Origin: Phyllosticta citribraziliensis
Taxonomy: Eukaryota
Length of the DNA: 64,000 bases
Assembly: GCF_038025025.1 (NCBI RefSeq)
Contig: NW_027117349.1
Location: forward strand, 930,001-994,000
Direction: 5' to 3'
The notes beneath the pieces were generated by a model that worked only from the letters and a program-made list of their open reading frames with translations, ran no database searches and was not told the origin of the DNA. The translations under genes and the position numbers were made by a program. This document shows, piece by piece, positions 24,007-36,469 of this stretch (within the stretch, counting starts at the first letter, position 1; each line of letters opens with the position of its first letter).

Positions 24007-27000
24007 TTAGAACAGCCTTTGGAAACTTCGAGGTCGTGGGTCTTTTGGATGCGAAAGCGCATAGTCCGCGTTGTTCTGCAGCGTAAACCGCACTTGCGCC
24101 GTCCACATAGGCAGCGCTTCCTCCAAGGCGTCAGCAACCTTGTTAAACAGAGCGGCATCTGAATCCTCTTCATCCTCCAAGTCTGGTGTCTGAAGGCTCG
24201 CGGTCGTATATCCAGCATCGCTCAAAGCTTTGTCGACCGAAAGGGCAAGCCTCTGGGTGACGTCAGTACTGTCACTCGCGCGGAGAATGTGCAAGATTGG
24301 CACGGCTATGCGGTAGTGGCCCAACACGTCGACGAAATCTGCGCGGACGACTCTTCCAATGCGATCCTCAAAGACTTCGTCATCTTTGAACTTGGCAATG
24401 TATTCATGGCTCCAGAGGACTCTGTCCAGCTCATAGTTGAAACGGGCGCGGTCGAGTGTTCGTGTTTGGGGAGTAACACCATCGTCTTCCATAAAAGTAA
24501 CGTCGTCAAGGTAGAGATTGACGTATCCACCCTCAACAGGAGATGTTCCGGTGAAAAGCTTTCGCCGCACATGCGTAACCCACTCTACTAACACTTGCTG
24601 CAACTCGTCGGCCACCGTTCGGGCGGCACCTTCATTCGTAATCGCGGCGGACAGCAAAGGCTGTTGAATGATTTTAGATTTTAGCATCGCGGCTTCAACC
24701 GCTCTGGCAAGTAGGTAACCCTCATCAGAGTTCTTTTCGGGTTTACGGCGTAGCATGTACAAAACGGGGTTGCTGATGCGGTAGTGACCCAGCAATTCTT
24801 CGAATTTGACCGTCGTGAGAACGTGCGTCATGAGGGCGTAAGCGCTTCCCTTGTCCTGTGGGATTTCGTCATACCGGTTGTGGGCGGCGAGGACGTCTTG
24901 GATGTCTCTTCCAAGACGTACTTGGTCGAACATATCTTCTGAGCGTATGTTGCTGTACATTTTCGTGGGGGATTCTCCGATCTTGCTGCCTAAGCCTGTT
25001 TCTGTTGCTTGGAACGTCCCCTTCTTTTCCCGCACCCTCCTAGCCCAGTCTTGATCATTCAAGTCCAGAACATAAACCACCTGTTTGAAAAAGTCTTGAT
25101 AGTCTAGATCTTCGCTTTCTGTGTATAGAGGCGTACTTCTATATCTTGCATCTACCAATGCGGTATCGACAGCACGAGCAAGCTCCAAGGCGTCTTGGAA
25201 CTCTGCGTCGCCTGGGTCGCTGTGCTTCGGATCAGAAAGAAACTCGATGACGGGCTTACTGATTCGAAGGTGGCTCAGCACATCCCCAAAGTTGTAAACT
25301 GCCAAAACGTGGTGAAGGCGTTTGAAAAAGTTCGTTTGGCCCTGCGGGAATTCCACCAAGATTTTGTGGTGACTGAGGACTTTGTCAAGCTCTCTATTAA
25401 GAAGGCTCTGGTTGAACAACTCGTCGAAGGAGGGATTGTTGCCATATGGATCGATAGGGGTGTAGCCGATCTTGGAATGTAGACCGAGTTCAACTGTCCC
25501 TGAGCCCGTGTCCAGTGAGATACCTGAGCCTGACCCCGATGCTGCAGCTGCTGTGCCAGCTGCTTTGTCTTTGCCGGACGAATCGGCTTTGTTTTCGGGC
25601 CTTTTCCCCATACCCGTTGACTTCTTACCCCCTGTTCCAGCGTCTTTTCCCGACTTGCTTTTCTCCTCCAAAAAGTCTTGCAATGATTTTTCCCTCAGGT
25701 CTTTGCTGAGGTTCAGGTTTCTAGCTTTCAGACCCAGTTTGTAGAATGTATCTCTTTTTGAACCTCCAGGCTGGTGTCTTTCAAACTCGAGAAGAAACAT
25801 GACCCGCACCGAATGGCAAACACGCAAGAGTTTGGTGTATTTGCCATCAGTATCAATCCCATCCTCGAATGGTTTGAGGTAGTAAACAATGGGTGGTGCC
25901 AGAAACTCGGCCTGCATTCTTAGTAATGAAAGAAAACGGCCAGCAACCTCTTCCATGTCACGGCTCAGTTCCTGATGCCCAGTCTCCAAATCAAGGCCTG
26001 ATATATCTTTCTTTTTCTGGTTGAATGCCTTTCTGAGTTGATCCAAGCGTAAGTACTCTGTCTTGAATTTGGTGACCAAGTCATCGATCACTTCTATCTT
26101 CTCGACCTGGTGACCGTCCAGGATTGACTCTCCTCCCCGTGTCTCAATTTCATCGAATTTCGATTTTTCGAGGGTGATGTGATCCCACGAATCTAAAGTT
26201 TGATGCAGGTCGGCAAACAAGAGGGCTATGGCTTCTTTGAGTCGCTCTGCTGCTCTAGTAGGGTTGGCGTCGATGTCCGCTATTTGCTGGATTATGCTGC
26301 CGTCTCTGCGTAAGTCCCACCTCTTGCTCAATCCTAAACTGATCTGATTACCGTTCAGGTACTGAATGGTCGATTGCAAAACATTGTAGGCGATTGTTGT
26401 GGCAAATTCGCCGGCAAAGTCTAGCATCCCATTGTTGTCTTGCTGGTCTCGCTCGAGCACCTGCTTCTGGATGGCACCATAATCGACTTCAAGTCTCCTC
26501 ATGATTGATAGAATGGAATCAAAATTCCTACACAGATATTCGTCTCGTGGCTGGTCTTTATTCGCATGTTCGTTGCGTGGCTGGTCTTCATTCGCATGTT
26601 CGTTGCGTGGCTGGTCTTCATTCGCATGTTCGCTGCGTGGCTGGTCTTCATTCGCATGTTCGTTGCGTGGCTGGTCTTCATTCGCATGTTCGTTGCGTGG
26701 CTGGTCTTCATTCGCATGTTCGTTGCGTGGCTGGTCTTCATTCATATGTTCGTCGCGTGGCTGGTCTTCATCAAAGTTTTTCTCTGTAGAGAAGTATGAT
26801 TTCCACAGAGCATGGTATACCCGCTCTCGTTCTCGGGGGTCGCTTGAAAAATAATCGGCGCGGAAATAAGTATCGTTCACCATTGCATTACGCTGTTGTA
26901 CCAGGATTTCTGGCTTGCCGTCATCATTTTTGGTTTGAAAGATGTTCCAGGGAGTGTTCCAGTAAATCTTGTTGAGTCTACCTCCGCTTGCCATGTTGTT

Positions 27001-28179
27001 GAAGTGTGCAAGCCTTTCGTCGTTGTTGTTTAAGGGACCAGGGCCCTTATCGAAGTGATTACTTGCAGTGTTGCGGTCGTGTCTCGAGGGCTCCCCACGC
27101 GTGTTCTGCCGTTCCTCTGTTGAGAACTGCCCTCCTCTCGCCGATTGTCTCCACCTGAGGATTCTCTGGGACAGATACGTGTAAATACCAGTTTCTTCTT
27201 CACTCTCTTTGGTCTTTTCTTTCTCCTCGCCTTTTTTGATATTTTTTCGACCAGCGATCCTGAAGGGTTTTCTGATCCGGGCATGTATGTCCCTGTAGTG
27301 GATATCAGGGTCATACAGCATCCACATGACAATCCTCCAACCTTCTACCTGGCTCGAAATGTGACGTGGTAGGATAGGGTTTTCCTTAATTTTGATTTCC
27401 GTCCTGATGCCGCGCTTCTCCAATGACATAGACACTTCATTTCCGTTTTCATCCGTCAAATTCTCTCGTTCGTCTTTAGTCTTCTTTTTCTTCTTGGATT
27501 TTTTTGGTTTTTTCATTTTTTCAAACTCCTCATGGGTCCTGGCCAAGAGCATCAATCGGAAGCGCCGTGGCAGATTGTTCTCATGGGCATAGGTTTGCCC
27601 GTGTACCCACTCAGTCGTATCCCCCTCCTTCCCTGCTTCTGGCTCATACCCTGCAGCGTAGGCTTGTACTTCACCTTCACCGAGAGCGTCGAGAGGTCGT
27701 GGGATATCATGTTCAAGTATCCGATGAGGCTCAGTCAATTGGATTGCGTCGATGATTTGCCGTACGGCGACCGGTGGATTCGGGAGTTGTGGCTCCAAAC
27801 TTTGTGCCAGAACCGGTGTGACGTGGAGCCAAGGTCTGTCTGCAATCTGCTTCTGGTCCTGGCCCTGGTTCTGATTCTGGTCCCCAGATCGCCCCTGGTC
27901 CTGGTTCGGATTTTGATCCCCAGACTCTTCCCCCTGATTCGACGCCATCGTCCAAGGAGATAAAACCTTCGGCACCGAGTTTTGATGGCCGCGTAGGAAA
28001 CCCTTGTTTTGGTCGGTCCAGAAAACACTTGACAAGTCTGCGTCGGAGGAATCCAAGTCCAGATCGACGCGCTGAAAACTGGTGGAGAAAGAGAGGAGAA
28101 GAACACGGGGACGCTGTGCGCGTTGACGACATGGCCTTTACTTCAATGGCCCAGCACAGCAGCTGAGATCGTTGCCCAT
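24007..28179 (-). CDS. Large (~1369 aa) hypothetical protein with predicted N-terminal acylation motif, internal VNTR and three C-terminal repeat domains
   Basis: 4-kb uninterrupted ORF 28078-24007. Proposed exon 1 (28179-28142, MGNDLSCCAGPL) joins in frame through a 63-nt GTAAAG..CAG intron. No family recognised. Confidence 0.8.
26539..26772 (-). repeat. In-frame 30-bp minisatellite encoding about 8 copies of (N)EDQPRNEHA
   Basis: Unit TTCGCATGTTCGTTGCGTGGCTGGTCTTCA on + strand; the inner copies are almost identical. Confidence 0.97.
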
Positions 28180-28963
28180 CCTTTCATGCCGTCAAAGAAG
28201 AAGAGCAGAATGCCAACTCTTGAAAGTCTTCCGCATCTGGTCATGCGCTTTATCTCTGCTTTGCCGCGAGTGAAAACATCGGACTGATTGAGTTAACGCC
28301 CTGAAAACCAAAATGGAATGCGTAGATCGAGTCATCTGCGACTAATCATTCTGACAGACGTCTTTTGCCAACGGAGAGCGATTGACCGGCCAGGCTCTCT
28401 GAATTGAACTCGACAACTGCATGTTGCGCAAGTCGTGATGCACAGAATCCGGACGTCTGCACGGGGACCACCACCTCGGGGCTTAGACAAAGGAAAACCT
28501 GTTGATGTCAATGTTCTTTTGGTTGCGCTGATTCCCTTTATTCGAGTCGGTGCTTACCGCATCTGTCACAATGCTTGGAGCCCCAACTTCGACTGAGCGC
28601 CCTTTGTTCTCGAGTCGTGTCGAAAGAGGCCTTGAATTGCGACCACATGATACCGCTCTCGATTGAATCAGGCTGGAGCATTTGGTGGAAAGCAACGGGA
28701 TTCACTGGGAAGCATCAGCTGTGAGGTAATAAACCATATTTTGAGCCAGTGGCCGAGCAGCGCTAAAGCTAAGCAGCAAGAAAAAGGAGAATTGTCGAAA
28801 TCTGCAAATGATGGATGCTTCGACCGTACGCCTGACCTATTTGACCAAATGTCGCCCATAAGACACCGATAACCATCCCGTCGCCGTATAAACCTCTTTA
28901 TGCACGGGGCCCAAATCAATACCATCTGTATGCCGAAATAAGTCGCAATAACTCGATCAGAAA

Positions 28964-29836
28964 TCAGGCCTCGTTGAAGAGCCTTGCAGTGATGTCCCCC
29001 ATGTACGCCTCTTCGAGCTCGTAGTCCTGGCCGTCCATCTTGTCGATACCTACGTACTCAAATGCGGCGACGACACTTTCGACGTCGAAACCCATGGCCA
29101 CAAAGCGGTCGATGAGATCTTTGTTGTAGCCGTGGTATCTGTATGGTCTTAGCAATTTGGTCATGTCGAAGTGGTGGGTCAACTTACGCAGCCAGCTTTT
29201 GCTTCTCCTGCTCTGCCTTTCTCTCTTCCTTCCTCTTGCGCAGAGTTTCTTCCGTTACGCCGCCACTGCCTTGTCCAACGTCCTTCTTTTGGGCTCCAGC
29301 ATATTTGACTGCCCACTCGCGAGCCTTGTGTTCGAACTCTGCGGGGTGCTTCAAAAGCTGGCCGGCAACTTCGGCGTCCTGCGGGTCTTTGGGTTCGGGG
29401 GTGGAGAGGAGGGACTGGAGCGAAATGAGGGCGGATTTGATGGTGAGAACGGGCGACCACGCCTGTGAGAGTGTGTCGAGACAGATGGCGCCCTAAAATG
29501 TTGTCAGCACTATATTCAAAGGCGGCACAAGGCTTGAGCGCAAGCTTCAAAGCTGCGGGAGCGACAGGCTCAACTCACAGTCTGAGAGCTGACGTTGGGA
29601 TGCCAGATTCGGGTTTCAAACTTCATAAGCGGTGGTCTGAAGGGATAGTCGACTGGTATCTTGATGTCGACAGAGAACTCTCCTCCCTCGTACGGCGTGT
29701 CTGGCGGTCCTTTGAAGAAACCGCGCAGATGTGTGAGATCCTCTTCGCGATGCGGCTCCACTCTGATTCCTGAGTGAACGTCCGCCTTGATGTCGGCAAT
29801 CTCCTTTGCAATGCGGCGGGTACGGCTGCCAGCCAT
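28964..29836 (-). CDS. UBC1: Ubiquitin-conjugating enzyme E2 with C-terminal UBA domain (Ubc1/UBE2K)
   Basis: Exons 29836-29579, 29492-29188, 29138-28964. Motifs RRIAKEIADI, GPPDTPYEGG, WHPNVSSQT|GAICLDTL (catalytic Cys) and UBA-like LIDRFVAMGF. Confidence 0.95.
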
Positions 29837-30591
29837 TGTAGCAAATGTCGAGGGTTTCGGTCGAGGACTTTTCGGAGGGGAATGGATCCTGCAAGTTGGA
29901 TGAGGTTGACGGCCCTCCGTGTACACTCGCGGTGCACACACGACAGCAGTTTCAGGCTCAAAGTGTTGCTGGAGTGAGAGTGCCCCACTAGAGGACTCGA
30001 AGAGGCTTTGGTCGGAAATGTATGTCTAGGATCGGGTCGAAGCGGATGGCAGTCTCGGTTGAGGAGAGAAGTCTTTGTGGCACAGACAACACTGGGCCCA
30101 AGGGAGGAACAGGAAAGCGTTGAGGTAGAGCCTAAAGCACTGGGTTCGTGACGAGTTGTCGGAGGTGATGCCGCACGGCCTCGAGGTCAAGTTGAAGCGC
30201 CTGGAAGCGACGACACCGCGTCCACAAACGAGGAAATAGCGTTGATGGGTGAGGCAGGTGGGAGAGAGTGTTGGTGAGTAATTCGAGGCCTGCAGAGGAG
30301 TTGGACGTGGATTGCAGCCTCTGGGTAGCCGAAGTTCGAGTACAGCGGCTGGGCGGCCAATAAGGTGAAATGACGAAAGATCTCCATCACGTGACCGTCG
30401 GCGGAAGCCGCGCCTTCCCCGACGGGCAGCTCTTGGATACAGCTACGAACCACTACCAACTCCATCGCCTCCATCACTACAGCTCGATCTGTTCCATCCA
30501 CGCACTCTGTCTCCGCCATCTGCTGCATTGCACCATCTTCTATCCCCCCGCGTGATCGCCCGTTGAACAGCGCGTTGGAAAAGCCGCCATC

Positions 30592-32200
30592 ATGGTAGGA
30601 TCTTGGCTGTCGCCGCTGAGCTCAGGATCACGATGCTGACAACTTTCTAGGGCGCGAATCAGTCTCAGATGGGTGGTGGACCGCCCGGAGGAGACAAGGA
30701 CAAGAAGGACTCCAAGGTACATCTTGCGTACTTGCAAAGGGTCAACAAAGCAGCAAGCTGACTCCCGTTTCTACAGAAGGACAAGCCCAAGTATGAGCCG
30801 CCGCCGCAACCCACGACCCGCCTCGGGCGCAAAAAGAAGAGGAACGCTGGACCCAACGCTGCTGCCAAGCTGCCGACGGTCTACCCCACGGCTCGATGCA
30901 AGCTGCGCTACCTTCGCATGCAGCGGATCCACGATCATTTGTTGATGGAGGAAGAATACGTGGAGAACCAGGAGCAGATTCGCAAGGCAAAGGCGGCAAG
31001 CCAAACAACGCCAGCATCAGCTGGTGGTGACGCGGATGCGTTGGACCGGAACGCCGACGAGAGGAGCAGAGTAGATGACATGAGAGGAAGCCCCATGGGT
31101 GTCGGCAATCTCGAGGAGCTCATCGACGACGACCACGCGATTGTCTCTTCTGCAACCGGTCCGGAATACTACGTCTCAATCATGAGTTTCGTCGACAAGG
31201 ACCTCCTCGAGCCCGGCGCGTCGATTCTCCTCCATCACAAATCCGTCTCGGTCGTTGGTGTCTTGACAGACGATGCAGACCCGCTCGTTTCCGTCATGAA
31301 GCTGGACAAGGCCCCTACAGAGTCATACGCAGACATTGGTGGTTTGGAATCTCAGATTCAAGAAGTTCGCGAAGCGGTCGAGCTTCCGCTGTTGCATCCG
31401 GAGTTGTATGAAGAGATGGGCATCAAGCCGCCGAAGGGTGTTATCCTCTATGGTGGCCCGGGAACTGGTAAAACGCTACTTGCCAAGGCAGTGGCCAACC
31501 AGACAAGTGCTACCTTCTTGCGTATCGTCGGTTCCGAGCTTATCCAAAAGTACCTCGGCGACGGCCCCAGGCTGGTCCGCCAGCTGTTCCAGGTGAGTAC
31601 CTTGACCTTGGAAAACGCACAACTTACTCACAATGTACACAGGTCGCTGCGGAGCACTCTCCCTCGATTGTCTTCATCGACGAGATTGACGCCATCGGTA
31701 CTAAGCGTTACGAGTCTACCTCGGGCGGCGAGCGTGAAATCCAACGTACCATGCTCGAACTTCTTAACCAACTCGATGGTTTTGATGACCGCGGAGATGT
31801 CAAGGTCGTCATGGCTACCAACAAGATCGACACTCTTGACCCTGCCCTGATTCGTCCTGGTCGTATCGACCGAAAGATTCTGTTTGAGAACCCTGATCGT
31901 AAGCTTTTCCGGCACATGATAACCATGACATTTTGCTAACTCGAAACAGAAAACACCAAGAAGAAGATTTTCACCCTCCACACCTCCAAGATGTCCCTCG
32001 CTGAAGATGTCGACCTCGACGAATTCATCAACCAAAAGGACGACCTTTCTGGTGCCGATATCAAGGCTATTTGCTCGGAGGCTGGTCTCATGGCTTTGCG
32101 TGAGCGCCGCATGCGCGTGCAGATGGCCGACTTCCGGACCGCAAGAGAGCGTGTGCTCAAGACCAAGAGCGAAGGCGAGCCGGAGGGTCTGTACCTCTAA
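30592..32200 (+). CDS. RPT2: 26S proteasome AAA-ATPase regulatory subunit 4
   Basis: Exons 30592-30594, 30651-30716, 30777-31592, 31643-31898, 31950-32200. N-terminus MGANQS, Walker A GGPGTGKT, Walker B FIDEID, C-terminal EGLYL. Confidence 0.97.
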
Positions 32201-34274
32201 GGAGTGGAAAGGGAATCGGCGGCGATTTGCGGCATCGGGGCACAGGCATAGACGAGGCTAGCGCTGAATGAATGCTAATGGGTGATTAGATCCAGCAAAT
32301 TTAATCAGATGCACGCATTATGTGGCTTGAAGCAATTGTTGGATTCCTGCATCTTTACCGAATCTTCCCTCTACGGTTCCCCAGTCACCAATGCCTTCCC
32401 GACGCTAATCGACGAGTGCCCTTGACAATCTCTAGACTCCTTCCGGCATGCCCAAACTGTCTACGAACTACTCAAAGAACCCAAAAAGCCTCCGACTTCT
32501 TCTTCACCTCCTCCCTCCCCTCATGCTCCTCCTCCTTCATGCCAGCCCTTGTCCTCGCAGCATTATAGACCGCCCTGGAGACCTTGAACGCGGCTGTCGC
32601 AGTCTGCGAGCGGCGTCTCTCCCTCAACGCCTCCTCGTCTATCTCGCCGTTTGCCAGGAGAGCAAAGGGCACCCTGAAGGCTGTGCCGAGCGGCCGCTTG
32701 CTCGATTCGTGGACGCTACTGGTATGCCGTGCGGAGGGTCTCGGACGGCGGCCGCCGCGAGGTTCGGTGAGCGTAGTCGTGATGGTGATGGTTGAAAGGC
32801 AATGAGGACAACACTGATGGACGAGTAATCAAGCTTCAGGTCGTGAGTAACAGGAGCGGCAGAAGCTTGACGACCCACTCTGGCTTTGATTCGCATTTCT
32901 CTGGCTTTCGCTTTGGTTGTTGCTTCGCAAAGGCGTAGGCCGTTGGGCCTTCGATTTCCTGGTCAGTGAGAAGGTGATGCGGGCGCAAGCCATCTGACCG
33001 AAAGATTGCTTGAGCAGACGAGCGTAGGGAGTCTTCAGAAACACATTTGGTCAGGCCCATTGGCAAAATTTCGAAGTGTTTGGCTCCTTGGGTGAAGTGA
33101 CGAAGGCAGCGGCGGCGGCGAGGTCGCCATCAACACCAGGCACCACCGACAACGACGATGACGACAACCACCACCACCACCAAGAAACCAAACGCCCCTA
33201 ACCGCGCACCACACATTCTACTACCCTATATAACCCAATCAGCGAGCATCAAACCCTCAGAACGACGGAGCCGGCGGGCAAGATAGCGTAGTTGGAGAGT
33301 AGGGAACGCTCTGTGCCCGGTTCTCGGGTGCCGAAATCCAATGCCTATCTGTAGCACATGCACGCAATGGTTCCGAGTTCGAACCACAGTGGAAAAGTCC
33401 GCTGGGGAAACCTCCCGTACCCCTGATGTGCGTGGTAAATTAGGAGGTTTGTAGGGGCCACCGCGGGGCCTTGATTTTTGCTCTGCTGGCACTCTTTTTT
33501 GATGGTGCTTTCGACACACTCTCTCTTTTTGCTATTGCTGTCGGGGTCTTGGTGGTTTCTATGTGGTTGTGTTCACGGCCGCGGCTTTGCCTGGTGGTGT
33601 TGCTTGTTGCTTCTTCTTCGCTTCGGAGTGACGGAGGGTCGTCGAACTTGAGCACGTATCCCCTTCTCTATTTGTCCAGCCCTGTGGCCATACCAGTAAT
33701 GAGGTGAATTTCCGAAATGAGAGTCTTGTCCATGACTTTGAGACAGCTAAAATCTTGTAAAATTCGGGGGGAAGATGTCAAAAAGTGTGTCGTCCTCCTC
33801 GAGACGTGCTCTTCGAGCACAACTCGACCAACCCTCGACTAGCACGTCGATTTTGTGTCACTGCCTGGAGCACGCAGCTTCGACCTATGAGCGTGCTCTG
33901 AGATATGTGAACAAGTTGTTGCCTTGATCGTTAGGTTGCAGTGCTCGTCTGGAAAAGAGGTCGAATGCTTGCCAATCACTTTGCATCCGTCAGCCCAGTA
34001 GAAGATGATCTCGAAAGCTCTAATTGACAAAGTGCTTCACTGACCAAAGATATTGCAGAAGCGGGTTCCACGTCCGCATTCGCCGCTGGGAGACTCAAAT
34101 GCGGAGGGGCCAGCGTAAGCGCTTTGGGAGGTTCTGCCGTAGCCTAAGGTAGAGACATGATTTTTCGACCGTGCTTGTGTGTGGTACCAATGGGCATTGG
34201 AAGACTCTCAGCATGTCTAATCTCTTCTCATAAGCTCCCCCTAAGTCTTCTAGATGTCCGTCTTCCCTGGTGGC

Positions 34275-36308
34275 TCAGCCCAGCTTCGGCAAGGCTCCTA
34301 TCCTTCCCGCTCCAAGCACACACCAAAAAGCCTCTTCCCTCCTGACTTTGCCCGGCGGTAGCGCAGGCGTCCCCCGTTCTTCGCCTCTTTCCTTCTCCTC
34401 GCCAACATCGTCCTTCCCACCTCCCAGCTTTTCTCTCGCCTTCTCCCTCTCACGTTCCCTTTCCCTCGCCTCTCTTGCCTCTTCCACCGCAACTTCTGTT
34501 TCGTACTCGATCCGGACGAACAGAGGCACCTCGAGGACGTCTTCATCTTCATCTAGGCCGCCCTCCAGCTCGGCAGGCTCTGCGCGGTCAGGCACGATTT
34601 CGACCACGACGGTCGTCCAGTTGCGGCCGCGGTCCCAGATCTTGCCTGCCTCGAGAGCGTGCGACCCTCCACCATAGGGGTCAAGTGAGGCGCCGGGCCG
34701 GCCGCGCAACGTTCCCGGCGCGCTGGCAGAGCCGCTGCCTGCTCCGCCGGCGGAGGGATTGCTAGCATTGAGGGCCTCGTCCCAAACATCCGTGTTCGCG
34801 CCGACGTCGAACTCGGGGCATAGAATGGTAATCTTCGAAGCAATACGACCAGGCGTGACGGCTGGCGTGGCAAGAGTGACGTGGATGGAGTCGAAGAGAG
34901 GGTTGCGGATGGTAAGCAGGAAAGGGTGAGGCAGGAATGGTTGGAGTGCGTCGTAGTTGACCGGCGAGCCAGGAGGTGCTGGCTGCGCAGGCGGGAGGGT
35001 CATGGATGAGGATGTGCTCGTGTTGAACTGTTGCGGGTTCGGTAGCGCGCGCAGGGAGATGTGCGGGATGTTGTTCAGGGCGAGAAGCTTGATTTTGTAC
35101 CGCGAACTAGAGATTTTGGTCTCCGGGCGCGCGAGGATATGGCGACATGTGCGACAACGTTTGGCGCGTTTGGTGCGCAGGAGAGTTGGTATGGGGCGCA
35201 AGTCTGCTGTGAAGCGTACATCTTTAGACAGCTGTGCTGCACGCTGATCGGAGGCTGTCAAGCTGTCCCAGTCGCTATCTTTGAGCCGATTGATCATGGC
35301 CTCTTCGCCAGCCGGGTCGAATTCAGCGAGACCCTCATCCATTTCCATGGCTTCGCGCATGGCGGCGGGCTTGTCCTTTTTGGCCTTTTTCAGATTGGTG
35401 CTGCTGTACAAGCTCATGATGCGCGAGAGGGTGTTTGGGTTACCGTAGCCAAAGCCATAGTCTGTGCCGTAAGGACCGCTTGAGTCGGACTGGAGTTGGT
35501 TCTTGTAAAAGGAGGTCAGATTAGAGAATTGCAAGTCGTGGTCCAATTCGGTAGCGTCTGGAGAGTCGAGCTCTTCATCGGGGTCGAACTTTTGGCCGCT
35601 TTCTTCTATTTCACGTCGTCTATCCCTGGCCCTTTCATGCTCTCTGAGCGTAGGCATTTTCTTGCCTCCGTTTTGAAGTTTTGCAAGTTGGCTAGAGATG
35701 CTTTGCGGTTTCTCGAACTCGAGGCCTACTTCAAGGCTAGTCCATTGGCAGTAGGGACAAGTCAAGTAAAAAGGACCTTGTGCCGTAGCAGGCTCGCCGT
35801 CTGCTCCGACTCGAGCATGACGCTCGTTCTCCGAGTCGAGTGAATTGACAATCATCGGAGATGTGCATACTGGGCAGTTGAAGCAGCTCCGCATGCATCT
35901 GGAAAGTCAATTAGAGGCATTGACAGATTTTAAACGTGCCAGAGATTACCTGTTGCCGTCGCTTTTGATGTTGGAGCTTGGTACTGCTTGGATCAGTCTT
36001 CAAGCACGAGAAATTTGGTGAAAAGTGGTACCTTCAAACAGGCAGCTCGGGCAGAACCAGGTGATGACTTCTTCGTTCACGCATCGTGGACAGCGGATCT
36101 GATGGCAGTCTTCGCAATAGAGTAGATTCTCCAGCGGATACAGGGCATAATTTGCCCGCGAGGAGCGCGGATCAAAAGTTCGTCCTTCCTCTTCCTCGGG
36201 CTGTGAGTGCTGGGAGAGCCGCTTAGACTCCTTCAGGACTCTCGAGCTGGGGCAAGTCGTGTCTACGCATGGACACGAGAAAAAGACGTAGGGAAAGGTT
36301 TGCGCCAT
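34275..36308 (-). CDS. DCTN4: Dynactin subunit p62 (ropy-2-like)
   Basis: Exons 36308-36032, 35983-35950, 35898-34275. Zn-binding pattern LLYCEDCHQIRCPRC..CPSCLFEV..RCMRSCFNCPVC, plus LRTKRAKRCRTCRHIL and CPEFDVGANTDVWDEAL. Confidence 0.93.
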
Positions 36309-36469
36309 TGCGTTTGCGGGGTTGGAGCACACGCTTCGGACGACGCGGTGTACGCGATGGTCGGCCGGCCGGGGCCTGCGTTGTTTGGGAGCTTGGACCA
36401 CATCGACACTGCGTCATCTCGAGGCGCCTGGTTGGGCAGCTCGATCCTCGACATTCATCCTGTTGCAAA

